Below, one piece after another: positions 1-13,060 of a stretch of 64,000 nucleotides of DNA. The notes below the pieces were generated by a model. It had not been told where the DNA came from. It saw nothing but the letters and a program-made list of their open reading frames with translations, and did not search any database. The stretch lies in contig NC_057755.1 in assembly GCF_004010195.1 (NCBI RefSeq), positions 6,245,474 through 6,309,473 of the forward strand, in the 5' to 3' direction. The number at the start of each line of letters is the position of its first letter. The first letter of the stretch is position 1. The position numbers and the translations under genes were made by a program. Origin of the DNA: Chiloscyllium plagiosum. Its lineage: Eukaryota.

Positions 1-807
1 CAGATAAATGCGAGTTGATGCATTTTGGGAAACCAAATCTTAGCAGGACTCATACACTTAATGGCAAAGTTCGAGGGAGTGTTGCTGAACAAAGAGACCT
101 TGGAGTGCAGGTTCATAGCTCCTTGAAAGTGGAGTCGCAGGTAGATAGGATAGTGAAGAAGGCGTTTGGTATGCTTTCCTTTGTTGGTCAGAGTATTGAG
201 TACAGGATTTGGGAGGTCACGTTGCGGCTGTACAGGACATTAGTTAGGGTCTCTGTTGGAATATCTCATGCAATTCTGGTATCCTTCCCATCGGAAAGAT
301 GTTGTGAAACTTGAAACGGCTCAGAAAAGATTTGCAAGGATGTTGCCAGGGATGGAGGATTTGAGATATAGGGAGAGGCTGAGCAGGCTGAGGCTGTCCT
401 CCCTGAAGCATCGGAGGCAGAGCGGTGACCTAATAAAGATTCACAAAGTTATGAAGGGCATGGATAGGGTAAATAGACAAAGTCATTTCCCTAGGGTCGG
501 GGAGTCCAGTACTAGAGAACATAGGTTTAGTGTGAGAGAGGAAAGAAACTAAAGACACACATGGAGCAACCTTTTCACACAGAGGGTGGTACGTATATGG
601 AATGAGCTACCAGAGGAAGTGGTGGAGGCTGATACAATTGCAACATTCAAGAGGCATTTGGATGGGTCTATAAATAGGAAGGTTTTGGGGGGATATGGAC
701 CAGGTGTTGGCAGGTGGGACTAGATTGGGTTGGGATATCTGGTCAGTATGGACGAGTTGGAGCGAAGGGTCTGTTTCCATGTTGTACATCTCTATGACTC
801 TATGACT
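1..807 (+). mobile_element. CR1-type LINE, 3' part of ORF2 (RT C-terminus) plus 3' UTR and (CTATGA)n tail
   Basis: ORFs 15-314 and 256-552 give CR1 RT-tail peptides (QRDLGVQVH, QVDRIVKKAFGML, LYRTLVR, QFW..RKDVVKLE). Frameshifted. Ends ctctatgactctatgact. Confidence 0.92.
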
Positions 808-814
808 GTCTGAC

Positions 815-1280
815 TGAGGTGCAAGAATGCGAAGATATGCTGCAGTTCTGCAAGATCCTGGTTTGTCCCCACTTGGCTTTATGAGCAGATCTGGACACCA
901 CACCTTAGGAAGGATACATTTTCAAGCTTAAACAGGAAAAGATAGGGTAGGTAAACATGAAATATTCTCACTGGTCTGGGACGCTAGAAAGTGGGCACAA
1001 TCTGAGAATTAGGGCTAGTGCATTCAGGAGAAATATTAAGACGTGTTTTCTCGTGCAAAACATGCTATATGTTTTGGACATTCATCTACATACGGTAATG
1101 TGTGCGATATCAGCTGTTGTTTCTATCTAAGAAAGGTAAGCTTGAATTAACTGAAAGTATTAAGAGATATAGCCCAGTGGAAGGTATGTGGACTTAGGGT
1201 ACAGTGCAGCCATGATGTCATTAAAGGGTGGAACAGGCCTGAGGGGCTGACTGAATAGCCGCAGCCATCGCCTATGTTCC
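815..1280 (+). mobile_element. Older, degraded CR1-like LINE 3' fragment
   Basis: atgctgcagttctgcaagatcctgg and ctggacaccacaccttaggaaggata motifs, plus a 3' UTR-like end (ggaacaggcctgaggggctga). Confidence 0.6.
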
Positions 1281-2989
1281 TAAGTCGCTATACACCCACG
1301 ATGCTGTTGGAAGGGGCTTCACAATATGGATCCAGTAAAAATGAGGGATTGGCGAGAAACAGATCTGAATGAACCCAGGAGTGAACAGATACCTGATTTG
1401 ATTGGCTTTTTAAACAGGATGCGACGGTCTAGCATGCCACATGCCAAAAACTGGGCTTGAGGACGGAATGCAAGGATAATTAACCTTTGCTGCAGGTAGA
1501 TATGCTGTGAACTTTCACTTCACTAAGTAGGATATTAATCCTGTAACAACAACATGTTTGGAGTGACCAGAACATGGTCTCTGGTATTAGAGGCAGTAGA
1601 AATATCTCGATCCAAATTGAAAGAATGTTGGAGATGTGATAGCTGTACGTTGAGGTGGGTGGGGTGTTCGAAGACGGTTACTGTTTTAAGAATGGGATGA
1701 TTACTTTGTATATCATTTCATGAAACGGAGAGTCGGGGTCTGGGATTTATTCAGATCCGGTCAAATTCCCAGAGTAGTCCTATGTAGAACTCAGGTTTGG
1801 AGGGAGTGCAGGAGAGAGAAAGAGAGAGAGTGTCAAAAGTGTCTATGGATTGGAGACTTGTTTATAAGTATTTCTGCTGCAATAGGCAATCTTCATATCA
1901 CACAGGAACATTGCCAGTGCCTGCTGCATTGTTGAAATATTCTCTTTCCAACTATGCAGATGCGATGAGCTCCAATTCAAATCGAATGAACATAGAGAAC
2001 ATAACGCATCTTTCCCAAACTTTGATCCTACCTGGGACATCCTGATCCTCCCACTACTTCCTTTCTGTCTGGTACTCCAAAAGTGTGGGGTGAGGTGTTA
2101 GATCATTGTGTCAATTATAGAGTGGCCTCATGATCCACAGGCATTCCAACATGACAGCTCATGCAATTTGGAATCGATTCTGAGAAAAAACAATTTGTAA
2201 TACGATTCTAATCTTAGTCATGGGGTATCCTTAAAAGTACAATCCATTGTTGCGAGAGAATCTCTGAATAATGTCCAAATGTCAGTAAAATGTCGGTGGA
2301 CCAAAGGGTCTCCTCTGTCTTGTATAATTCAATGATTAGGGAAGGAAATGGCTTGGGATTCTCTGACTGACAGATCCCTCCAGGAACACAGGAATTCGAT
2401 AACATTCCAAAACCCATTGTAAAAATCAAATGTAATCAATATCTCTTGGCTTGGAGTGATGTGACATCCCGTACCACTGCATTAACTCATCACCAAATAT
2501 TCGAGATTGCATCCTAGTCTATTGCTACCCTTTCCTTTTTTAAATATGCATTTACGGGATGCTGGGGTCATGGACGAGGTCAACATTTATTGGCCTCGCC
2601 AATTGCTTCAACAGCAGAGAAGAGTCAAACACATTGAAGCCAATCTCTAGAGATAAGTGAGTCCGATCAATGAAAGACTTCCTTTCCAAACTAAACCAAG
2701 ATGGTATTTACGATGATGGTTAAACGACCACCATTTGACAAGTTGATACCTACTTAACTCCATCAATCTTTTACCTCCAGTCTTCACATTTTCAGTTGTT
2801 GAACACTCATCCACCTTTCTTTAGTGTCCTGGTCTAAAGGGAGGGGATTGCACTCTATTCCTAAACGACAGTCCCTGGCGCTTTCCATGGATCACAAGCT
2901 CTTCTTATCTTACATTTGATGCAGTGAAGAGAACAAGGTAGAAGAACGATCTAAATTCATAAAATTTACTATTGTATCTGGCTTGGCCC

Positions 2990-3861
2990 TCGTTCCCTTC
3001 ATTAACTAAGAGTGTCAATAATGTAACTAGATACATCAACACAGTTTTGAACTGGTTACTGAACTTGGACTGAGTCACTGCATAAATGAATGTGTTTGTG
3101 AAGCAACTAAACACACCAGCATAACTCCAACATGTAAGAAGATATGTACAGAACCAGTATAATAGTTGGAATTTGTTCCTGCAATGTAATAGTGTATAAA
3201 GAATAGAACAAATACGAACCACCGGAGTATTAAGCTGCCAGAAATGGAGGAAAGTATAATTATGCTCTCCATTTCTGCGTCATTTTGATTCTCACCTTTG
3301 GTTCAGTCCATTACGGACACAACTAGCCAGTAAAATACATCTGACTATCGGAGCATTGAATAACAGAATTAAAACAAATGGGAGCAATGGGCATAAAACG
3401 GTATCCATTCCAAGCAGGTTCAGTGAAATAAATTGACTCTATCTCACAGAACCACGGGACGTTGCTCATGATTTTCCAATCTTTCAATGTCTCATAGAAG
3501 GTTATATTCTTTACGAAGATTAGAATGCAGGTTGTTGACAGGACCAGAGCAGTAGCTTTCGCTGTGCAATATTTTGTTTTGAACTTCTGGCTACAAATGG
3601 CCACAAATCGATCAAAGGAAAGAGTGGCAGTAAACCAAACTGAACAGTCTCTGGCTGCACGACTCAGCACATAAATTGCACTGCACAAAGGAGTGATGTT
3701 CAGGAAAGATACATGAAAAGAATAATGATTGATTTGTGTCTGTATGAACTCAGTTACAACAACCAGAAGATCAGCAATTGCCATTGCCATCATATAGTGC
3801 GTGGTACATGAAGATAGGCCATATTTTCCATGGTACAGAATGACAATTACCAGTAAATTAA
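2990..3861 (-). pseudogene. GPR139/GPR142-like class A GPCR pseudogene 1, main exon (TM1-TM7)
   Basis: Acceptor cttcctcacatgcag|TTAAT. Peptide VNLLVIVIL..YMMAMAIADLLVV..DCSVWFTATLSFDRFVAICSQKFKTKYCT..VPWFC..EPAW. TM5-7 (PLLPF, ISGSLIL, CFTNTFIYAVTQSKF) is spread over several frames, indicating deletions and frameshifts. Confidence 0.9.
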
Positions 3862-4609
3862 CTGCATGTGAGGAAGAAGAAAAGAAAAATAGACTGTAAG
3901 TTACAAATGAAACATACATAGTCAATCAAGTTGCAACTCTAAGGGCATGGAAGTTTGTTTGGTGCAAAATGTTGCATTTAAATCATTAAATCTCAGAGTC
4001 CAGGTTGAGTCGAAAATGACCATGACTCAATTTTCCTGAGTTTGGTTTGCAACACATCCCGGAGACTGGCAATTGCAATACAACAAAATGTGCTGTACCT
4101 GGCCCTATTTGAACTAGCACACTTGATAAACCAGAACAAGTTACATACGTAAAATACCATGAAGTGAACTGTATTACTCTGTATAATTATTGAATGCTTT
4201 TATTTACCTCAATGTTAATATATTTGTTGTTCAATTAAATAGCCAATGAAATATCAAGAGTTGCTTCAATTTTTAATCAATTTCTCCCGAAAAATGACAT
4301 TGTCCAAGTTATAGTTAACAGGTTCTCTGCCAGTAAATGCTTTTTAAGGCAACATTGCATTATTGTTTCAGTGATTTGTACTGTTAATAACAATGGTATG
4401 GAGACCCCCCGCATTATCTTTTAACGACATAGTGTGTATTTTGTCATTGATTATGTGAACCTATTGATTATCTGAAATATTTGATTGCCCGTCACACTCC
4501 TGATCCCATAGATATTTATTCCTCTCTTGTTGCAGGTTCAACAACACACAACAATCCCTATACTGCCTACATCAAAGCATTAAATTTCTTGAAATTCATC
4601 CATCATCTT

Positions 4610-5036
4610 TAACTTCATTCCATTCGTCACAGAGGCTCAGTATCAGCAGCATGTTCCATCCACAAGATTTTTTGTCATAACTCATTCAGGTTGTTTTTCA
4701 CCGCAGAATCTCACCAAAGATCCTCAGACAGCACTTTCCAGACACAAGACCACTCCCATCTAAAAGTACAAGGACATCAGATACATAGGAACACCACCTC
4801 CAAGGACCCTCCAAGCTACACATCATTCGGAAATAATTCATCATTCCACAAGGGTGACTGCATAGAAATCCTGGATTTCCCTCGCGAAGGGCATTGTCTG
4901 TCTACGTACAGCAAATAGACTGCAATGGTTCAAGAAGTGAGCTCACCCTCACCAGCTCAAGGGCAACTAGGAACAAGCAATAAATGCTGGGCCCAGCCGA
5001 CGGCAACAGCATTCCACCAACGAATTAAAAGAAAAC
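4610..5036 (+). mobile_element. LINE 3'-end remnant (family ending gggcaataaatgctgg...gaattaaaa); related pieces near 2530-2720 (-), 21000-21330 (-) and 46650-47080
   Basis: The same tail motif recurs at several positions in the window and ends in an A-rich stretch. Family not determined. Confidence 0.6.
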
Positions 5037-5159
5037 TTCTTGTCTTTGCATTTTATAGTTCCAATTGAAACCCCACGCTTTTATCCCTCTCCTAACTCCT
5101 GGCTGTAAAGGATCTCATACTTCAGTCCACCCATCACCTTTGCTGGTTGTGTTAACTTT

Positions 5160-5760
5160 TATTAGTTGAGAGATTGGGTTTTGGAGCCATGAGGTCATCT
5201 GCAGCTGTAGAAAACCCTTGTGCATCTGCACTTAGTGTATTGTGTGCAGTTCTGGTCGCCACATTACAGGAAGGATGTGGCAGCATTGGAAAGGGTACTG
5301 AGGAGAGTTACTACAATGTTGACTGGTTTGGAGGGACGATCTTACGAAGAAAGATTGAGAGACTTGAGGCTGTTTTCGTTGCTGAGAAGAAGGTTGGAGG
5401 TGGCTTGATAAAAACATATAAGATATTGAGAGGGTTGGATAGGGTGGACAGTGAGAGTCTTTTTCCTCAGATGGTGATGGCTAGCACAAGGGGACTGAGG
5501 TTTAAGTTGAAGGGAGATAGATTTGGGACAGATGTTAGAGGTAGTTTCTTTACTCAGAGAGGAGTAGGGGTATGGAACGCACTTCGTGCAGCAGTTGTAG
5601 AATCGCAAACCTTTCAGGGCATTTATCTGGTTATTGGATAGACGTATGGATGAAAATGGTAGAGTGTAGGTAAGACGACCTTCGGATTGGTTTCACATTT
5701 TGGGACAATATCGAGGGCCGAAGAGTCTGTAATGCACTGTAATGTTCTATGCTCTGTGTT
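5160..5760 (+). mobile_element. CR1 LINE 3' fragment
   Basis: HLVYCVQFWSPHYRKDVAALERV and TYKILRGLDRVDSESLFP..FFTQRGVGVWN peptides; ttctatg-type tail. Confidence 0.9.
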
Positions 5761-5978
5761 TTGAGGTCCTGAATACACTTACCAAGGTGGACACGGTAAG
5801 CACATTTATTTATTTTTGATGGTAAACTGCAGGGAATTCTGTTAAAAATTAAATACATGCCATGTGAGAGAGGACGAGAGTAATGAGAGGACTCCTACTC
5901 TCTCCAAGATAGCCTCTCTGTCTCAGAACATAGTGGACGCTGAATCATTGATCATTTCTAAAGTGCCAGAGGACACTT

Positions 5979-6745
5979 ACAGAGAGAGACATGGGTGTTT
6001 ACAGAGAGATCTTGGTGTTTAGGTCCATTGTTTCCAGAGAGATCTGGGTGCTCAGGTTCCTTGTTCCTTCAAGGTGGAAACGCAGGTCGGTATAATGGCC
6101 AATAAGTCTTACGGTATGCTTTCCTTCATTGGACGGGGTATTGAGTACAAGTGTTTACAGGTCATGTTACAACTGTACAGGATTTTGGTTTGACCACACG
6201 TGGAATGCTGCGTACAGTTCTGGTCACATTACCAAATGGATATGCATGCTTTGGAAAGAGTACAGGAGAAGTTCACCAGGATGCTGCCTGGTAAGGAGGG
6301 TGCTCGCTCTGAGGAGAGTTTGAATAGATGAGAATTATTTTCATTAGAAAGACGGACGTAGAACTGGGACCTGATTGTGGTCTACAAAATCATGATAGGT
6401 ATTGACAGGGTGGATAGTGAGAAGTTTTTTTTTCCAAGAGTATGGAACTCAATTACTAGGAGTCACGAGTTCAAAGTGAGAGGAGACAGGTTTAGTGGAG
6501 ATATGTGTGCAACGTTCTTTATGCAGAAGGTGGTGGGGGCCCGGAACGCATTGCCAGTGGAGGTGGTATAGGCGTGAACGATAGCATCAGTTAAGATGTA
6601 TCTCGACAGATACATGAATGGGCAGCTAGCAGAGGGATACAGATCTTTCGAAAGTAGGTGGCAGTTTTAGATAGTAGATCTGGATCGGCACAGGCTTGCA
6701 GGGCGGAAGGGCCTGTCCCTGTGCTGTAATTTTCTTTGTTCCTTG
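5979..6745 (+). mobile_element. CR1 LINE 3' fragment with stuttered 5' junction
   Basis: VYKIMIGIDRVDSEKFFFPRVWNSITRSHEFKVRGDRF..FMQKVVGARNALP peptide; 3' UTR ggcggaagggcctgtccctgtgctgta. Confidence 0.88.
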
Positions 6746-6754
6746 TTATTTGCT

Positions 6755-6945
6755 TCAGTTTCCTCCCACTATCGAATGACGTACAGGTCGGGTGATTTGG
6801 TCATTGCCCATAATGTGAGGTGCAAAAGTCAGTGGTAAATATAAGCTAAGGGAATGGGTCTGGGTGGGTTACTCTTTGGAGGGTCGGTGTGGACTTATTG
6901 GGCCAAATGACCTGTTTCCTCACTGTGGGGAATCTAATCTAAATC
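6755..6945 (+). mobile_element. HE1-type SINE, 5'-truncated
   Basis: Matches the 3' half of the SINE at 30151, including gggtcggtgtggactt..gggcc..tgtttcc and an (aatct)n tail. Confidence 0.75.
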
Positions 6946-7384
6946 GAGGTAAATTCTTGTTATGTAACGGTATTGGATATTATCATCAGTAGATGGAAAC
7001 TTAAAAATTTGGGAAAACACTGTTAGTTGTGATATTGGAGAATGACAGAGGAGGCCGAAAGAGACAAAATCTTTCCTTCACGGTGAAATCACCAACTCAT
7101 ATGCCGGGACTGTAGGTTTCAGTCTCCAATTGTGCCTGATTCATACATATGCATTCCTAGCCAAGCCCTTACCCTGGTTTTGTACCACAACAATCACCCT
7201 CCGCACCATCTGGATTTGGACGGTCAGAGAGCAGTAATTTCTCTTTGGGAATAAAAGAACATTGATTTAAAATACGCCTAAAAATGTATATATATCTCTA
7301 TATATGGGTGAGGTCAACTGCGGTTGCCCAGTATTTCTTTGTAAGTTGATTGATTCTGCAACTAGATGACTCATCACCATCCAA

Positions 7385-7650
7385 ACACTCTCACACACAC
7401 TTATATATCGATACAAACACTCTCACGCGCACACACACACACAGACTTGCATATAAAGATAAGATGCCTTACACACACACACGTGCACATATCCATGCAC
7501 ACTTATCCACACGCACACATTCATTCACTTACACAATCATATCTACAAATGCACACAGACACATACACAAACACTCTCATAATACATCCGCAGACACAGT
7601 CTCTCTCGCACACACGTGCAGTTGCACAAATGCACAGGCACACATATAGC
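7385..7650. repeat. Degenerate (CA)-rich simple repeat
   Basis: Interrupted cacaca/acacat runs. Confidence 0.85.
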
Positions 7651-7803
7651 GTGCTTCATAAAATTGGTCAGTTCTTGGAACTTTCTAATGTCGCTCCACA
7701 TTAAACAGATTGAACAATGCTCATCGGTGTGGTTGATTTTTGAGAATGGGATGCATATCTCACTCAAAATGTAGAATCATTTCAATGTGCCTCTTTGATG
7801 CTT

Positions 7804-8699
7804 TTAGTTGTGTTTATGAATCAGTTTATTGATTGATGTAATTGCAAATTTTACCAACGTTGTTAACAGTTCCCTAAACTTAGATTGAATCGTCCCATTA
7901 AAAAAGTGTTTGTGCAGCAGGTCAAAACGTGAAGTAAATCACTAACATTTTCAAAAATGTTTTCTGAATCTGTGTAATCTTTGGGATCTGGTCGTGTAAT
8001 ATTAAAAGATGATAATTCTATAACACAAGAAGAATGAAACTGCCGGATATTGTGAAGATTAAAATCACAGACTTCCTTCTGCTCTCCGTCTCTGAGTCAC
8101 TATGACTCATTCTCTTGCTCTGACCCATCAATCCTTTGCGGACCTGACTGGCCACTAAAATGTTTGTAACTGTCAGATCATTAAGCAGCAGAATTAAAAC
8201 AAATGGAAGCAATGGAGTTAAGACTGCATCAAATCAATCGAATCCCAATCACCCAGGCTGAGTAAAGTACTCTGCTTCATAATCACAGAACCAGGGGACA
8301 TGTTCAATGACCAACTGAGGTTCAAGTGTGAAGTAATTTGGAATATTATTTAAACAGAACAAAACACTGGCTGTCATTAGAATTTTCACTGCAGTTTCTG
8401 TGTACAAAAGTTTATTTTCAATTTCTGGCAACAAATAGCCACAAATCTATCAAAGGAGAAAATGACAGTGAAACATCCAGAATAGTCACTGGCTACTTTA
8501 CTCAGGGTGTCGATAACACCACATACTGGAGAAATGTCCAGAAAAGACCCTGAGAAATAATAACAACTGACCCGCCACAGAATAACCTCTGTGATAATGA
8601 AAAGGATATCTGCCAATGCCATGGCCATCAGTTAGAACGTGGTGCATTTCGAGAGAGCACACTTTCCGCAAAAGAAGATCACAATCACCATTAATTTAA
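7804..8699 (-). pseudogene. GPR139/GPR142-like GPCR pseudogene 2, main exon
   Basis: VKLMVIVIFFCGKCALSKCTTF*LMAMALADILFII..FSFDRFVAICCQKLK..VPWFC..QPG*..LLPFVLILLLN..ESRRKSVILIFTISGSFIL..CCTNT..QSKFRE. Contains stops and frameshifts. Acceptor mutated (ctgtcctgcAA). Confidence 0.9.
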
Positions 8700-9004
8700 T
8701 TGCAGGACAGAAAGGAAAAGTAGTATCGATTAATTTAATTAATTTCTTATTCCAGTGAGCAGGATGCAGCGTTTGAGTACCAACACCCAATCAGAATTTA
8801 AAATTTGAAGCTAATTCAATGTTAACAATTATCATTATGTATTCCACATACCTCTTTATTGAGGACAACACAATTGATTAATAATTTATAGGTGATTACA
8901 TGGCAATTTAGGAATTTAAAAACAATTGGTACTGCTGATTTCACATGTCTGATTGGCATTGCATTAACAGGAAAAGCAGTCTTATTAGATGTTACGCAAG
9001 ACAC

Positions 9005-9640
9005 AGAGAAGAGAAGGCTGAATGGGTACCTAATTGAAGTGTAAAAGATTCTGAGGGCCATGGAAAGGCATGGATATGGTAAATACACTCAGTTTTTTTT
9101 TCAGGGTTGGGGACTCGAGGCCATTAGTGAAGGTGAGATCAGAAAGAATGAAAGGGAGCCTGAGGGGTATTTTTTATTTACACAGAGAGTGGTATGCATG
9201 TGGAATGAGCGGCCAGCAAAAATGGTTGAGGCGGGTACCCTAACAATATTTGAAAGGCAGTTGGACAAATACATGAATAGGAAAGGATTAAAAGGCCATA
9301 GGCTGAGTGCAGAGAAATTGGGTTACTGTAGATGGACTTTTTAGTCAGCATGGAACTGTTTGGGCAGAAGTGCCCGTCTCCATACTATCAAACTCTATGA
9401 TTCTATTACTCCATGACAGGGTGGATATAAAGCAGCTGTTCCCCTCAGTTGAAGGCTTAATGACCTTATTTTAAAGTGAAAGACAGGACGTTTGGAGGAG
9501 ATTTGAGGACGAGTGTTTCCATTCAGTGGTTGGTCGGGGTTTGGGAGGTCAACACAAACAGGAAACCTTATAATATTTAAAAGGTACCTAGTTGAGCACT
9601 TGAAATGTCCCAAAGGTTGAAGGCTGTGGGCCACGTAATG
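9005..9640 (+). mobile_element. Two adjacent CR1 3' fragments in the intron of pseudogene 2
   Basis: FTQRVVCMWNERPAKMVEAG peptide and ctctatgattctatt tail; the second fragment starts gacagggtggatata. Confidence 0.75.
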
Positions 9641-9901
9641 GAGACCACAGCACCATTTCGCCAGCCCAATACATTTTCATAAAAGATTGTAAATTGGCCG
9701 TTCTGTGAACTCCAGAAAACTGTTGATTTTCATTTACTCCATTTGGATAAAACTAAAAATTCAGGAGACTTTTGAAAACGAAGAAGTTTTGAATTCAGTA
9801 GATCAATCATAAGATCCTCACATGTAGTTTGTCATTCAAGCTGAGATATAAACGACTGATTCCCATTTTTCACACATATTTTCATTACATCAATGATTCA
9901 G

Positions 9902-9968
9902 CAGGAACACCCAGAATCGCAAGTGTCGCATAATAGATTTTCATGACACTAAAAAATGTATCAAACAT
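9902..9968 (-). pseudogene. GPCR pseudogene 2, short first coding exon
   Basis: ATG-MFDTFFSVMKIYYATLAILGVP+G, 67 nt, phase 1, matching the phase of the main exon (V-N/K-L). The donor reads CTGAAT instead of GT. Confidence 0.85.
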
Positions 9969-10866
9969 GTTTCTATTCAGGATTACTATCTTTCCTTACT
10001 ATGGGAACTTCTCTGCATCAAATACCGAGTCAAGATAATCACATAGCCTTTATTTTGTACCAAGTTTCCACCTCCAGGGAACACTGAGGTTATAACATCT
10101 TCAAATCAAATTTACAAAAACACAAATGGACGCAGCTACTGTCACAAGTTCACTTGCTGTTGTGCTAAAATATATTTGGTACTTGGAGATATTTATATAA
10201 CATGGCTAATCATAATTAGCCCATTTGTCAATGTCAGTGTTGTTTTTCGAGAAAGTGTTGTTAGTTGAAAAACACAACCATTTGGTATTCATGCTGTGAT
10301 AAATTTCTTCGCTTTGTTGCTGCCCTTCAGTAATTAACTTCCAAGTATGAGCGCATCTTGAACAGAGTTCTCCCCAGCTCTCTGTCATGTGACTGTACTC
10401 GTGAACTTGTGCTTATTCAATCAACTTATTGAATATATGTCAGTAGATAATCGAGTTATGTTGTGCACCTCGATAACAAATATTTGAGCTGTTCATAGCT
10501 AGGCTTTGAGATTACACATTGTGCAGCCTGGATTTGCTGATCACTCTGATAGAATACAATTTTCAACAGTATTGGCCATGTTCAAGTTAAAAGCAAACAT
10601 AGGAGCTTAGTGAATGCCCGCTCCACTCAATAACCTCACATCTGACTGAGTACTGAGAGGAAATTTAATCGACCTGTCCTGTCGGTCCTGAGAGAAACTG
10701 TATGAGGGTGAAACTTATTTGGCATTGTTACCATTAATTATGTAATTTGATTCACCAAGAAATGATTACTATCTCAGTAAAACTCTAAGCAGGTCTATCC
10801 CTCGTATTAATATCACTTCCTCAGCAATGATTCCTGCTTTTGTAAACCTTACCAGCAGACAAAACT

Positions 10867-12002
10867 CATAGAATATAGAGCAATACAGTGCAGAACATGT
10901 CCTTCGGCCCTCGATGTTGCGCCGAACCATGAACTATTCTCAGCTCGTCACCCTACACTATCCCATCATCATCCATGTGCTTATACAAGGATTGTTTAAA
11001 TCCCCCTAATGTGGCTGAGTTAACTACATTGGTAGGTAGAGAATTCCACGCCCTTACCACTCTCTGAGTAAAAAACCTGACTCTGAAATTTGTCTTAAAT
11101 CTATCACCCCTCCATTTGTAGTTATGCCTCCTCATACAAGCAAATCCTCCCTTATCTCTGAAATACGTGCACTCCCAATCTCTGCCAAATACCAACTGAT
11201 TGAATTTTTTCATCCTTTACTTTTCAATTGGTCCATTCCTCATCTATGTTAGTGCGCAGAGACATTCACACCTTCATATCGTCGGTTACACAACTGATCA
11301 ATTTTAACTTCGATTGACTTCACATGACATAGACATAGACATAGACATAGAGGGAAAAAGTTTCTGACTGTTTACTCTATCTATTCCTCTGATCATCTTA
11401 TAAACCTCTATCAAGTCACCCCTCATCCTTCGCCGTTCCAACGAGAAAAGGCCGAGAACTCTCAACCTATCCTCGTACGACTTATTCTCCATTCCAGGCA
11501 ACATCCTGGTAAATCTTCTCTGCACCCTCTCCAAAGCTTCCACATCTTTCCTAAAGTGAGGCGACCAGAACTGCACACAGTACTCCAACTGTGGCCTAAC
11601 CAAAGTCCTGTACAGCTGCAACATCACTTCACGACTCTTGAATTCAATCCCTCTGCTAATGAATGATAATACTCCATAGGCCTTCTTACAAACTCTATCC
11701 ACCTGAGTGGCAACCTTCAAAGATCTATGTACATAGACCCCAAGATCCCTCTGTTCCTCCACCTGACTAAGAACCCTACCATTAACCCTGTATTCTTATT
11801 TGTTCTTCCAAAATGGACAACTTCACACTTGGCAGGGTTGAACTCCATCTGCCACTCCTCAGCCCAGCTCTGCCTCATATCTAAGTCCCTCTGCAGCCGA
11901 CAACAGCCCTCCTCACTGTCCACAACTCCACCTATCTTCGTTTCATCTGCAAATTTACTGACCCACCCTTCGACTCCCTCATCTAAGTCATTAATAAAAA
12001 TG
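10867..12002 (-). mobile_element. CR1 LINE (RT C-terminal half plus 3' UTR), split by a (CTATGT)n tract and about 185 bp of other DNA at 11142-11350
   Basis: ORFs 11717-11923, 11304-11762 and 10953-11213 give young-looking CR1 peptides (KFAD, WQMEFNPAKC, LEYCVQFWSPHFRKD, FFTQRVVRAWN). Confidence 0.92.
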
Positions 12003-12239
12003 ACGAAGCGCTCCTACAGTTTGTGATTCCAAATAAACCTATTGGATTATAACCTAGTGTCGTCAGAGCTTTGCCTTTGTTCTATTTTAAGGCAGCATTG
12101 TGTTGATAGGTAATCTCTGTAACTTTAATATAAAACTCATAATAAAGTACTTGAGCTACTCAATGGATCTGGCAACATCTGTGGAGTGAGAGCAGAACAT
12201 TCCCAGTCTTGTGCTGATCACACAGTTGCTGCAAAATAT

Positions 12240-13060
12240 AAAAACGTAGGAAATAGATGCAAGAATAGGCCATTCGGGCCAGCACCACAATTCCCACCCA
12301 TGTAGGAAGAATGTTTCCAATGTTGAGAGAGTCCAGAACTAGGGGCTCACAGTCTAAGAATAAGGGGCAAACCAATCACGACTGCTCGATCATAGCCTAT
12401 CATGCATTCCTAATATCCCATTCCTACTTTCTCTCCGTACCCTTGATCCCTTTAATATCAATGGCCACGTGCAGCACCCTCTCCAGCTGGAGGGATTGAG
12501 TTGAAAGCAGAGAGATTATGTTGCAGCTCTATCAAGTGTTGGTGAGGGCACACCTAGAGTACTGCGTGCAATTTTGGTCTTTTTACTTGAAAAAGGACGT
12601 ACTGGCACTGGATGGAGTGCAGAGGAAAATCATTAGGTTGAATGCAGCGTGGGGGGGGGGGGGGCCTTATCAGGTGAGACTGAGCAGTCTGGGATTATAT
12701 TCATCGGAATATAGGAGAATGAAGTGGGAATCTTATAGAAACGTATAAAAATATGAAATGAATCGATAAGTTAGATGTTTCCACTGGCAGGTGAAACTAG
12801 ACCAAGAAGGCATTGCCTCAAAATTAGGGGGCATCAGATTTAGAACTGAAGTGAGGAGGACCTTCTTCATCTATGAAGAATCTGTGGTGTTCCGTGCCCC
12901 AAGAAGTAGCTGAGGCTTCCTCTTTGAATGTTTTTATGGGTAAGATGGATAGATGTTTGAACAGTAAAGGAATTAAGGGTGACAGTGAGAGGGCAGGTAA
13001 GTGAAACTGGGGCAACGAAAAGATCAGCCATAATCTTATTGAATGGTGGATGTTAAGACA
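12240..13060. mobile_element. Nested CR1 fragments in both orientations
   Basis: Plus-strand MLQLYQVLVRAHLEYCVQFWSFYLKKD at 12518-12748 and MFPMLRESRTRG at 12311, inside a minus-strand CR1 tail. Confidence 0.75.

Noticed and set aside
3323..3925. Intact 200-aa membrane protein CDS
   Set aside because: It starts in intron sequence and runs out of frame after extracellular loop 2, so it is a pseudogene fragment.
5783..5850. Possible first exon of GPCR pseudogene 1 (minus strand, TTG|GTAAGT donor)
   Set aside because: The position is plausible, but there is no in-frame ATG-to-GxP reading and only faint similarity to 9902-9968.
7350..7767. His/Thr-rich ORFs (also near 21389-21709 and 36304-36552)
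   Set aside because: They are translations of CA/GT microsatellites.
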